Under the pieces are notes generated by a model. The model worked only from the letters and a program-made list of their open reading frames with translations, ran no database searches and was not told where the DNA came from. From assembly GCF_000354175.2 (NCBI RefSeq), contig NC_022359.1:180001-212000 (forward strand): a DNA stretch of 32,000 bases, written 5' to 3'. Of the stretch, positions 8,394 through 17,442 are shown one piece after another (within the stretch, counting starts at the first letter, position 1; each line of letters starts with the position of its first letter). The DNA comes from Vibrio alginolyticus NBRC 15630 = ATCC 17749 (GTDB taxonomy: Bacteria; Pseudomonadota; Gammaproteobacteria; Enterobacterales; Vibrionaceae). Made by a program: the position numbers and the translations under genes.

Positions 8394-9286
8394 ATGCGGA
8401 AACTAGTCCCCTTAAAGTCCATCTACGCATTTGTTGCAGTAGCTGAGTCTGGCAGCATGACAGAAGCAGCACATATATTAAGTGTGAGCCACTCAGCCGT
8501 AAGTCAGGCGATTAAATCGCTGGAGAGTCAAGTCAACAAGCCTTTGTTTGATCGCATAGGCAGACAAGTTCAACTCAATGCGGACGGTAAAAAGTATTAC
8601 CGAAAGGTGGCACCCGCTTTAGAGCAAATTGTCGATGCAACGGAAGCACTCATCCAAGATCAGAACTTGCAACGTGTTACGCTCAATATGGTGAATTCAT
8701 TGGCTCTTCACTGGTGGATTCCTCGAATGTCCGATTTACAAGGGTTTGCTCCTCAATTAGACGTTCGTTTATCAAACCTGTCTGGCAGATTCAATTTAGA
8801 ACAAGAAGGTATCGACGCGGCCTTGGTGCATGGAAATCCCGAAGAATGGCAGGATTACTACTGCGAAAAGCTCAGTGAAGATGAACTGGTTTTGGTGTGC
8901 AGCCCTGAATTGTTAGCGACGACAAAGGACTCAAACATCACTCAACTCTTAAAGCAGTATCCCATCATTGAAGTTACTAACGAGCGAAGAAAAAACGACT
9001 GGAACGTGTGGCAGGACGCGACGGGTATCCAGCGACCTAAAAATAAAAACCAATCACTTTTGACATGTCGATACAAGCCGTCCAGGCCACAACTCGTCGT
9101 TTGGGGTTATTGGTCACTCATCGCTTGTTTGTGAAGGATGACATCAAATATGGTCAGCTAATCGAGCTGGGCGAACCCGTCATTAATCCTCATCAACAGC
9201 TTTACTTTGTATGCCCGCCACACAAGCTAAAGCTTGAATCGTTTCATCTGTTGCGATCTTGGCTACAACAATCATTCAACTATTAG
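8394..9286 (+). pseudogene. LysR-family (GcvA-like) regulator interrupted by a frameshift
   Basis: ORF 8394..9134 carries the HTH and most of the effector domain. ORF 9065..9286, in another frame, carries the conserved C-terminal part (FDMSIQAVQATTRRLGLLVTHRLFVKDDIKYGQLIEL). That second frame is open only from 9047, so the shift must lie within 9047-9065, most simply one T missing from the TTTT run at 9058-9061. Confidence 0.75.
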
Positions 9287-9359
9287 AAACTTTTGTTAAG
9301 CACATTCACGGAAAAACTAGTATAAAGTTAGAAGAGCACTTTTCATCCAAGGATGGTTT

Positions 9360-10418
9360 ATGAAGCAGTATCAAATATGGCTAAGCGCACTCTGTTTTGC
9401 AGTATCTTTGAGTATGACCGCTGAAGCAGAAAATGATAACCGCCTTTCAGAACAAGGGATCTCCACGGCAATTATTGGGGGTCAGCAGGCTACCCAAAAC
9501 CAACTTCCTTTTTTTGCACGTCTTATTCTACATAAAACTGGCGCTAATCAGTTTGCCAATATTTGTGGGGGAACCATTGTAAACGACCGCTTCATTTTAA
9601 CTGCGGCCCACTGCGTAGAACCAAGCGTTTTTACTGATGGCTGGACAATCAACGATCTACGAGTGCTAGTCAAAAACCCTACGATGAATGACGTGTTTGT
9701 TGAAGAATTCAAAGATGTTCGCTCTATCACGATTCATCCTGATTATGTGCCTAGCGATTTATGGATTAATGACATCGCTGTCCTTGAATTGACTAGACCT
9801 ATCACCGATAACGTCCAATCCATCACTTTACCGCAAGACTTTGGAGACTACAGCAGCAAGTCATTTTATCAGATATTCGGTTTAGGTCAGACCTCAACCA
9901 ATGATGAAAGCCCCCCTAACTATTTACGCTGGGCAGAAGTAAAACCCCTTACCGACACCCAATGCGCTTCGTTGGTAACAGGGTTTAACGCTCAGGAAAG
10001 TTTATGTGCGAATGGATTTCCTGAACGAAGCTACACTGGCATCTGTCGTGGTGACTCAGGCGGTCCTCTCACCTATCAAGACAATAATGGCATGTATCAG
10101 CAAATTGGCATTGTGAGCTACGGTTCTTCAGTTTGCGAATCCGCTGCGATTCCAAGTGTGTTTACCGAGATTTTGAACTATGCAACATGGATTGAGACCC
10201 AAACCAGCTCAGGTGTAAAAACCAGTTATAACGCCCTCTTAGCAAGTTCGGAAGATTATCATAGCGAAGGGGACTCTGGCTTTGAGCCTGTCGATACCAA
10301 CACATCTGGCTTTGGTAACAACGGCAGCAGTGGCGGCGGTGCTCTCGGATCAGGGTTGATCATGCTTGGAGGCTGGTTTGGTTGGCTAAGACACCGCAGA
10401 AATTATTCGCGCTCCTAG
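9360..10418 (+). CDS. Secreted trypsin-like (S1) serine protease with a GlyGly-CTERM sorting tail (VesB-like)
   Basis: Signal peptide, then a mature N-terminus IIGG. Catalytic triad motifs TAAHC, NDIAVLEL and GDSGGP are present. The C-terminus SSGGGALGSGLIMLGGWFGWLRHRRN fits the GlyGly-CTERM pattern (GG motif, TM helix, basic cluster). Confidence 0.85.
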   Translation: MKQYQIWLSALCFAVSLSMTAEAENDNRLSEQGISTAIIGGQQATQNQLPFFARLILHKTGANQFANICGGTIVNDRFILTAAHCVEPSVFTDGWTINDLRVLVKNPTMNDVFVEEFKDVRSITIHPDYVPSDLWINDIAVLELTRPITDNVQSITLPQDFGDYSSKSFYQIFGLGQTSTNDESPPNYLRWAEVKPLTDTQCASLVTGFNAQESLCANGFPERSYTGICRGDSGGPLTYQDNNGMYQQIGIVSYGSSVCESAAIPSVFTEILNYATWIETQTSSGVKTSYNALLASSEDYHSEGDSGFEPVDTNTSGFGNNGSSGGGALGSGLIMLGGWFGWLRHRRNYSRS

Positions 10419-10434
10419 TAGCGTCAACAAGACA

Positions 10435-10875
10435 TCATAATATCTTGCGCTTAACGCGAGAGTTAATGATGTCTTCAATCATCTTTTGCTCTTTTTTCGC
10501 TTTTTCATAGTTCTGCTTAGTACGCCAACGATCAAGCACTTTTTCTAACCCTTGAACGCGTGCGTGCTTGTGTTCTAGCGTTTTCTGTACAGATGCACAT
10601 TCCGCTTGCATAACGGCTTGCTCTTGCTCGTGGTGACGAAGCATTCTTTGTAGCATTTGGTCAACACGATTAAAGTTCATCAAAGCCGCGCTCGTCAGCG
10701 TCGGGCCGGTTCGGGTTGATTGCCCAGCGTGGCCTTTCAACGCCGACAACTGTTCCAATTGCATTGAAAGATGGGAGTGACGCTGACGCATGGCATCAAG
10801 TTGTTGACCCACACGGTCACGCTGTTTTTCTTCCATTTGCTGTAACTTGCCTACGGCTTTTAACTTGGATTTCAT
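10435..10875 (-). CDS. fliJ: Lateral flagellar export chaperone FliJ
   Basis: 146-aa coiled-coil protein immediately downstream of fliI, with FliJ-like composition and an AAGG Shine-Dalgarno. Confidence 0.85.
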   Translation of the reverse strand: MKSKLKAVGKLQQMEEKQRDRVGQQLDAMRQRHSHLSMQLEQLSALKGHAGQSTRTGPTLTSAALMNFNRVDQMLQRMLRHHEQEQAVMQAECASVQKTLEHKHARVQGLEKVLDRWRTKQNYEKAKKEQKMIEDIINSRVKRKIL

Positions 10876-10899
10876 TTCAGCCTTGTCACTCCCATTTGA

Positions 10900-12246
10900 T
10901 TAAGCACTTTGAAAAAGCTGCGCGAGCTCGGTCAAACTGGTTGGGTAATCTACAGACTCGTTGGCAGCTTGTTGTAGATATGCACGCAAATTTGGATACA
11001 TAGCAACAGATTGATCTAACTCAGGATCTTGTCCTGGTTGATAACCCCCTAATGGCAGTAACTCTTTAACCTGAAGGTAGTTGGAGTACATTTGACGGAA
11101 GTTATTCGCAATCGTGCTGTGTGCGTCCTGCGTACAAGTATTCATACAACGGCTAATAGACGCGTTGATATCTATCGCGGGATAATGCCCTTGCTCAGCC
11201 AGTTGACGCGATAAAACGACATGCCCATCTAAGATGGCGCGCGCGGAATCCACGACAGGATCTTGTTGGTCGTCCCCTTCTGCCAATACGGTATAAATTG
11301 CCGTTAAGCTACCATGTTGATTTTCACTGTTACCCGCTCGCTCTAGGAGTTGAGGTAACACGCTGAAGACTGAGGGCGGATAACCACGAGAAGCTGGAGG
11401 CTCACCGAGCGAAAGAGCGATTTCGCGCTGTGCCATGGCGTATCGGGTTAGAGAGTCCATCAGAAGTAGAACGTCTTTGCCTTGGTCTCGGAAATACTCT
11501 GAAACGCGATGACAAAGTAGTGTCGCTCTTAACCTCATTAGCGGGGATTCATCAGCAGGAGCCGCGATAATGATCGCTTTCTTGCGCGCTTCTGGGGTTA
11601 AGTTTCTCTCGATAAACTCACGTACTTCTCTGCCTCGCTCACCGATAAGCCCGACCACAATTACATCGGCCTCCGTGTTTTTGGTGATCATCCCCATTAA
11701 CACACTTTTACCGACGCCACTGCCAGCCATCAAACCAATACGTTGGCCTTTGCCTACCGTTAATAGTCCATTAATCGCACGCACGCCTACGTTGAGTGGT
11801 GTATCAACTGGGCGTCGCTTCAGTGGGTTAATCGGTTTTGGTTCAAGTGAAACTCGATCTCCCCCCTTAAGCGGTGCCCCGTCATCTAACGGCTCACCTA
11901 AACCATTCAGTACGCGTCCTAACCACTGAGAGCTTAGCTGCACGGTACTGTCACCATCAAGAGGGATGACTTTTGCACCTGCAAACAGACCGCCTAAACG
12001 GCGGATAGGCATGAGGTAAGCAATAGTGTGTTCAAAGCCCACAACTTGCGCTTCGATCATATCGCCTTCCGCGGTTTCTACGAGACAACGCTGCTCAAGC
12101 TTAAACCGACACCCTACGGCTTGTAACATTAAGCCGTTTACTTTTATCAATCGCCCTGTTACGCGAGCAACAGGGATTGAATCAAGCGAAGCCAAGGCTT
12201 CGCTCAAACGCTCACTTAATAGTTCATGGCTTAGGGTATTACTCAT
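10900..12246 (-). CDS. fliI: Lateral flagellum-specific ATPase FliI
   Basis: Walker A motif GSGVGKS and F1/T3SS-ATPase-like sequence throughout. Its start overlaps the fliH stop (ATGAGTAA). Confidence 0.95.
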   Translation of the reverse strand: MSNTLSHELLSERLSEALASLDSIPVARVTGRLIKVNGLMLQAVGCRFKLEQRCLVETAEGDMIEAQVVGFEHTIAYLMPIRRLGGLFAGAKVIPLDGDSTVQLSSQWLGRVLNGLGEPLDDGAPLKGGDRVSLEPKPINPLKRRPVDTPLNVGVRAINGLLTVGKGQRIGLMAGSGVGKSVLMGMITKNTEADVIVVGLIGERGREVREFIERNLTPEARKKAIIIAAPADESPLMRLRATLLCHRVSEYFRDQGKDVLLLMDSLTRYAMAQREIALSLGEPPASRGYPPSVFSVLPQLLERAGNSENQHGSLTAIYTVLAEGDDQQDPVVDSARAILDGHVVLSRQLAEQGHYPAIDINASISRCMNTCTQDAHSTIANNFRQMYSNYLQVKELLPLGGYQPGQDPELDQSVAMYPNLRAYLQQAANESVDYPTSLTELAQLFQSA

Positions 12247-12994
12247 GCTCAGACTCTACCTGTGGAATACTGACTTCATCCAAAAGGTGTTGCTTTACAT
12301 TGTCCATACAGGCTTCCAAACGAGAGTCGCAGCTCGCATCCGCTTCTGCGTCATCAGTCACTAACTGACAGCCACCAATAGGAAGCTCCGTATTAGGGAC
12401 CAGTTTCCAAGATTGCGGCAAATCAGCATTGATGTGAGTAATACGCTCTAAATCTTGCGGATTTAAATGCACAGTTACTGTTTCCGCTTTACCAGGCATG
12501 GCAGACAATGTCTCGTCCACCAAAGCTAGGATCTGCTGAGGCATTAAAGTGAGCTCGGCACGAATCACTTGCTGAGCTACCTTTTGTACCAGTTCACAAA
12601 TCATATGGCGTTGTTGCTGTTCTTTTTCATCTTGCCAACGAGAAAGGGCGTGAAAAAGTTCATTGACAGGCTTCGCCGCCTCCAAAAAGCCTTGCTTTCC
12701 AGACTGCTCACCGGAAACAAAGCCTTTTTGGAAACCTTCTTTTTGGCCTTCCAACAGACCTTGTTGCTTGCCCTGTTCGATACCTTGGCGTAAGCCTTCC
12801 TCATGTCCTTGTTGCAAACCTTGTTGAAAACCTTCTTCAAGTTGCTGTTGGATATCAATTTGAGGTTCTTGCCAGCCTTGGTTATCTAGCCCGAATTCGT
12901 CTTCGATAGTCTTAGGTTGCGCTAAAGGCGGAAAACGGTGTAAACGATACCCGTTCGGAGGCAATCGCATAGTACTTGATTTTGTCTCTAGCAT
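12239..12994 (-). CDS. fliH: Lateral flagellar assembly protein FliH
   Basis: Lies between fliG and fliI and has the FliH-type Q/E/G-rich repeat region. I placed the start at the ATG at 12994 (MLETK..., GGAGTAAGG Shine-Dalgarno, 5 nt after the fliG stop) instead of the track's 13060, which would overlap fliG by 62 nt. Confidence 0.85.
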   Translation of the reverse strand: MLETKSSTMRLPPNGYRLHRFPPLAQPKTIEDEFGLDNQGWQEPQIDIQQQLEEGFQQGLQQGHEEGLRQGIEQGKQQGLLEGQKEGFQKGFVSGEQSGKQGFLEAAKPVNELFHALSRWQDEKEQQQRHMICELVQKVAQQVIRAELTLMPQQILALVDETLSAMPGKAETVTVHLNPQDLERITHINADLPQSWKLVPNTELPIGGCQLVTDDAEADASCDSRLEACMDNVKQHLLDEVSIPQVESEHE

Positions 12995-12998
12995 GACC

Positions 12999-14012
12999 TT
13001 ACTCCACCGTTGGCTCTTCATAGAGAAGCAGCTGAACTTCACCAGATTCATCCAGCTCACGTACCATTTGCATGATATCTTGACGTGCTTTTTGAACTCG
13101 ACTTAACGCAACAGCACCGCGTGCGTCCATGTCATCTTCTAGCGCTTTCACCATACGTTGCGGCATTGAACGCTTAATAGCTTGTTGTAAGGTAATATCG
13201 GAACCTTTTAGCGCAACAGCCCACAACTCTAGCGGGATTTGCTGCACCAACATGTCCATAGTTTCTTCGCGTTGTCGGCCAAGAACCATAAAGTCGAACA
13301 TGTTTTCTTCAATTGCATTAACAACATCTTCATCATGCAACTTCAGCATTTCCATCAATGAACCACGGTCACCTTCAAAGCGGTTAATGATATCTGCTGC
13401 TTGCTTAACACCTGATAACGGCGTGCTTTGACTTGCGGATACTTTTTCGATGCAACGCTCAACGAGTTCATGCAAATCAACGGCAACTTGATGATCGATA
13501 TCTTGCAATTGAGCAATACGGAACAAGATTTCGTCATGGTAATCTTGTGGCAAGTGCTTCAATACCGCTGAAGAGCTGTCTGCTGGCAAATACGCTAGAA
13601 AAATTGCTTGCATTTGTGGGTGCTCGTTCACAATGAAACGAGCGAGAGTTTCTGCTTCCACCCACTGTAAGCGCTGCATATTGTTGCGAATTTCATCGCC
13701 ATATAAGGTATTTAATAACCCTTTTGCCAAATCGTTACCCAATGCTTTACGCAATGTATTAGATAGGTATTCCTTAGAGGCTCCTCGAATACCGCTGTGC
13801 TCACGGAAATCTTCAAAGAAAGTTTGAATAACACCACGAGCAGAATCGCTCTTAATGCCATTTAACTTCGCCATTGCACGAGTCACACGCTGGGTTTCAT
13901 CACGGCTAAAGTGTTGCAAAACCTTCGCTGCGGCATCCTCGCCCATGCCTAATAGCACGAGCGCGGTTTGTTCAACATAACTAAGCGTCTGCTTTGATAG
14001 AACTGTGTTCAT
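12999..14012 (-). CDS. fliG: Lateral flagellar motor switch protein FliG
   Basis: 337 aa with FliG N-terminal (LLGMGEDAAAKVLQHFS), middle and C-terminal domains. Confidence 0.95.
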   Translation of the reverse strand: MNTVLSKQTLSYVEQTALVLLGMGEDAAAKVLQHFSRDETQRVTRAMAKLNGIKSDSARGVIQTFFEDFREHSGIRGASKEYLSNTLRKALGNDLAKGLLNTLYGDEIRNNMQRLQWVEAETLARFIVNEHPQMQAIFLAYLPADSSSAVLKHLPQDYHDEILFRIAQLQDIDHQVAVDLHELVERCIEKVSASQSTPLSGVKQAADIINRFEGDRGSLMEMLKLHDEDVVNAIEENMFDFMVLGRQREETMDMLVQQIPLELWAVALKGSDITLQQAIKRSMPQRMVKALEDDMDARGAVALSRVQKARQDIMQMVRELDESGEVQLLLYEEPTVE

Positions 14013-15732
14013 TGATGTTTACCCATTGTTTCAGTATTTCGGCTACGCGCTCTGGCTCTTCATTAGCAATAAGCTGTAGGTGTTTCAATTGAATTTCTAA
14101 TGGCGAACCTGCTGGTGGTAGCATGTCGCTGTTTACATCTAAACCTGAAGAGGCTGAGATGCCTTTTTCAGATAGGCGGCGATCAAGTACTTCTTCATGC
14201 TCGCGCTCTTCACGCGTTTGCAAGTTTTCGTAGTCAGGTTCTTCCTGAGGCTCAGCAAAATTTAGCTCAGGCACAGGTTTATCAACGCCAGTTAGGTGCA
14301 TGATTAATGGACGCAGTACGAAGAAGATCATCGCCAAGCCTAACAAGCCACCAATAACGTAGCGTATTGGCTGCTGTACTGTAGGGTCTTGCCACCACGG
14401 CAGTGCAGGAGGAGCATCAATTTCGATTGGGGTGAAGTTGAAACTCATTAAACTTAAGCTGTCACCACGTGTGGCAGAGATACCAACAGCATCCATGATC
14501 ATGTTTGAGATTTGCTCTTTATCGGCTTCACTCCACGCCACACCATCTGGCGAAGCTTTGGAGTTCAACAGAACCGATACACTAAGCTTTTCTATTTGGC
14601 CTTGTTGGTATTGAGTACGACGAACACTGCTCCCTACAGCATATTGACGATTCACTTCAGATCGCGCATTCGTGTTTTGGCTATCGTTCGTTTCCACTTC
14701 ACCAGATCCTGTCACTGGCGGTTGGTTACTTAGAGAACCAGGAACACCCAACGCAATTTGATCAACCGAGTTGTTATGAATGGTGTGCTCATTACGCACA
14801 ACCGGTGCGTTATCCAAAATTTCTTGTGTTTCTTCAACTTGGCTAAAGTCCAGATCGGCAGCGACTTGTACTCGGAAGTTACTCGGCCCCACAATCGGCG
14901 TAAGCATATCTGCTGCGCGTTGGATGATCTGTTTTTCAACACTCTTCTGGTATTCAAGATATTTCGCGTTTACTTTACCGGCTTCCGCAGAAGCGACATC
15001 CGCACTAAGAAGACGGCCATACTGGTCAATGACAGAAACAAATTCTGGCTTCATTGCCGTGACACTGCCGACCACTAGGTTAATGATCGCTTCAACTTGT
15101 TCAGGCTTTAAGTCTTCACCAGGTTTGAGCTCAAGCATGACAGATGCTGAAGGATTCTCACTGTTTTGGCGGACGAATAGAGTTTGACGAGGTATTGCTA
15201 AATGAACACGCGCGTTCGCTACTGAGTTCAAAGACATGATAGTACGTACTAACTCACCTTCTAAACCATGACGATAACGCGCTGTTTCCATAAATTGGCT
15301 CGTACCAAGAGAGCTATCTTCCTTGAGCGAATCCAAACCTGTCGGCAGCTTAGCTTTAACACCTTTTGATGCAAGCAACATGCGTACCTTCGCAACCTCA
15401 CCTTCTGGTACAAGAACTTGTCCATTTTGCTCTTGCATGCGGTAGCTTACGCCTTCGCTTTCTAATACCGACACAATTTCGCCGATATCAAAACGCTCTT
15501 GTTGACTATATAGCGGACGAAAGCTCTGCGAGGAACTCCATAGTGCAACCACAATAATCGCTGCAACAATCGCAGCTAACACCGCAGATAGCACTAAGTT
15601 TCTCTGACTGCTAGACCAGATTTGCTTCAGCTTCGTTGTCACATCGTCCATGCCGTTGGCAGTAGAAAATGTCTGTGCTGTGCCGGTAGCCATAGCTGTG
15701 TTTCCGGCGACTTGGGGGGTTAGTTCTGACAT
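13981..15732 (-). CDS. fliF: Lateral flagellar MS-ring protein FliF
   Basis: 583 aa with an N-terminal TM segment, YscJ/FliF family sequence and a C-terminal TM segment. It overlaps fliG by 32 nt. Confidence 0.95.
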   Translation of the reverse strand: MSELTPQVAGNTAMATGTAQTFSTANGMDDVTTKLKQIWSSSQRNLVLSAVLAAIVAAIIVVALWSSSQSFRPLYSQQERFDIGEIVSVLESEGVSYRMQEQNGQVLVPEGEVAKVRMLLASKGVKAKLPTGLDSLKEDSSLGTSQFMETARYRHGLEGELVRTIMSLNSVANARVHLAIPRQTLFVRQNSENPSASVMLELKPGEDLKPEQVEAIINLVVGSVTAMKPEFVSVIDQYGRLLSADVASAEAGKVNAKYLEYQKSVEKQIIQRAADMLTPIVGPSNFRVQVAADLDFSQVEETQEILDNAPVVRNEHTIHNNSVDQIALGVPGSLSNQPPVTGSGEVETNDSQNTNARSEVNRQYAVGSSVRRTQYQQGQIEKLSVSVLLNSKASPDGVAWSEADKEQISNMIMDAVGISATRGDSLSLMSFNFTPIEIDAPPALPWWQDPTVQQPIRYVIGGLLGLAMIFFVLRPLIMHLTGVDKPVPELNFAEPQEEPDYENLQTREEREHEEVLDRRLSEKGISASSGLDVNSDMLPPAGSPLEIQLKHLQLIANEEPERVAEILKQWVNINEHSSIKADA

Positions 15733-15735
15733 GAA

Positions 15736-16092
15736 TTACACCGGCATCTTCATAATATCTTCAAATGAGGTCACGACTTTGTTGCGCACTTGCATCAAAG
15801 CATTAAAGGACAAGCTGGCTTTTTGGCTCGCGACCATTGCACCAACTAGGTCATCACTTTTTCCTGTTTCTACGGCCGTCATTTTTTGACTAGCCACTGA
15901 TTGATGTTGATTCACTGTATCCAACACATTTGTCATCGCTTGTGAGAACGATAAAGGTGCGTTTAGTGATTGTTGATCTAAAGGATTTGCACTCACGATA
16001 AACTCTGGCGGCTGCACTTGTGCCTGCATCGCCTGCATTTTTGACAACATAAGTTGCTCTGCCGAGACCGCATGAGTAGGTTGACTTGCCAT
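15736..16092 (-). CDS. fliE: Lateral flagellar hook-basal body protein FliE
   Basis: 118 aa with the conserved FliE C-terminus (ASLSFNALMQVRNKVVTSFEDIMKMPV) and an AGGAG Shine-Dalgarno. Confidence 0.9.
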   Translation of the reverse strand: MASQPTHAVSAEQLMLSKMQAMQAQVQPPEFIVSANPLDQQSLNAPLSFSQAMTNVLDTVNQHQSVASQKMTAVETGKSDDLVGAMVASQKASLSFNALMQVRNKVVTSFEDIMKMPV

Positions 16093-16107
16093 CTATTTTT
16101 TCTCCTA

Positions 16108-17442
16108 TTAGGCAGCCGAGCCTAGTGCCGACTGTAAATCAATACCATGTTCTCGCATTGCTGCGAGCTTGTAGCGTAGCGCTCGAGTAGAGACTCCAAG
16201 CGCGTTTGCGGTTTTCGTTCGGTTTCCACCAAACTGACGTAACTTTTCCAAAATAAACTGATATTCAGCTTGCTTCTTCGCTTCTACATGACCAAAACTT
16301 GCAGTTGGCTCTGCTGTAGGAACTGACGCGACAAGCTCAATAGGCAGCATCAGGTCATGGGCTGTAATGTAATCACCATGACGCATGACCAAAGCGCGTT
16401 GAATGACATTTTCCAACTCACGAATATTGCCCGGCCAGTGATACTGACTCAGCGCACTAATCGCATCTTGGGATAGGTGACAGCGGCTGCTATCTTGATA
16501 CTTTTCAATAAAGAATTGGCTAATTGGTAGAATGTCCTCTTTTCTTTCACGCAAAGGCGGCCAGTGCAGAGGCAGCACATCTAATCGATAATAAAGATCT
16601 TCACGGAACGTGCCTTTTTGAACTTCCTCACGTAAGTCTTTGTTGGTTGCCGCAATAACACGAATATCGAGCTGAACGGCTTTATGGCTACCAACACGTT
16701 CTACTTCACGCTCTTGAAGGACGCGTAACAATTTCGCTTGAACCGCAGGTGACATTTCACCAATCTCGTCAAGCAGAATCGTCCCGCCATTTGCTTCTTC
16801 AAACTTACCGCTTTGAGAATTTGTCGCTCCGGTGAACGCGCCTTTTACATGACCGAATAGCACAGCCTCTAACATTGACTCTGGAATGGCGGCACAGTTA
16901 ACCGCCACAAATGGACCATTGATACGCGGAGAGTGCTCATGCACATATCGCGCCAGCACTTCTTTACCCGTTCCCGATTCACCTGTAATAAGCACACTCG
17001 CGTTAGTACATGCTGCACGATGCGCCAATTGCAGAACTTGTTTGCTTCTCCAAGACTCCGCAACAATGTTGGCCATTGGCTTACCTAACGCTTCAACACG
17101 TTTAAGCAGATTAACCAACTGATTAGATTCAAACGGGCGTAATAGATAATCAGTAGCGCCCGCTTTCATCGTCTCAGCAGCCAAGATGCCTTGTTCTTGG
17201 TCGACAATCGCAATAACAACACCCGAATTTCGCTGCTTTTGGTGACACGCGACAAACTCACGAACACACATATCCGGCAGCGTAGAGCTCACTAAAGTGA
17301 TTTCTGCTCGCTCTTCAAGCAAAGCGCCTCGACCAGTACGAGTGTGTTTCGCGGTGTAACCTGCATTTTGCAACACATCCAATACTGGTTGAGCAAGAGC
17401 TTCATTTGGCTCAACCAACAAAATTTTCGTTTTCGTCATCAT
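16108..17442 (-). CDS. lafK: Sigma54-dependent lateral flagellar master activator LafK (degenerate receiver, AAA+ domain, HTH)
   Basis: Walker A GESGTGKE, the GAFTGA loop and a C-terminal Fis-type HTH are present. It sits between motY and fliE, as in the V. parahaemolyticus laf locus. Confidence 0.9.
   Translation of the reverse strand: MMTKTKILLVEPNEALAQPVLDVLQNAGYTAKHTRTGRGALLEERAEITLVSSTLPDMCVREFVACHQKQRNSGVVIAIVDQEQGILAAETMKAGATDYLLRPFESNQLVNLLKRVEALGKPMANIVAESWRSKQVLQLAHRAACTNASVLITGESGTGKEVLARYVHEHSPRINGPFVAVNCAAIPESMLEAVLFGHVKGAFTGATNSQSGKFEEANGGTILLDEIGEMSPAVQAKLLRVLQEREVERVGSHKAVQLDIRVIAATNKDLREEVQKGTFREDLYYRLDVLPLHWPPLRERKEDILPISQFFIEKYQDSSRCHLSQDAISALSQYHWPGNIRELENVIQRALVMRHGDYITAHDLMLPIELVASVPTAEPTASFGHVEAKKQAEYQFILEKLRQFGGNRTKTANALGVSTRALRYKLAAMREHGIDLQSALGSAA

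Noticed and set aside
11570-12364. ORFs of 112-119 aa on the plus strand inside fliI (11570..11929, 12026..12364, 12177..12368)
   Set aside because: They lie antisense to a strongly supported conserved gene. Their low-complexity, S/P/T/R-rich translations are typical of shadow frames, and they have no Shine-Dalgarno.
12700-12870. Apparent tandem repetitiveness in fliH (QQGLQQGHEEGLRQGIEQGKQQGLLEGQKEGFQKGF)
   Set aside because: This is protein-level repetition of the glycine-containing repeats known to characterise FliH proteins. It is not a DNA repeat element.
12995-13060. N-terminal extensions in the ORF track (fliH to 13060, fliD from 27805, fliS from 29175, motY to 18458, PepSY to 4450, yaeR from 2531)
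   Set aside because: In each case an internal ATG with a good Shine-Dalgarno, tight spacing to the upstream gene, or a proper signal peptide fits better. The extensions start at GTG/TTG or overlap the neighbouring gene.
14100-15889. Multiple plus-strand ORFs (for example 14758..15078 and 14780..15187) and the minus-strand alternate-frame ORF 14730..14957, all inside fliF/fliE
   Set aside because: These are shadow ORFs within well-supported flagellar genes, on the opposite strand or in an alternate frame. No independent signals support them.
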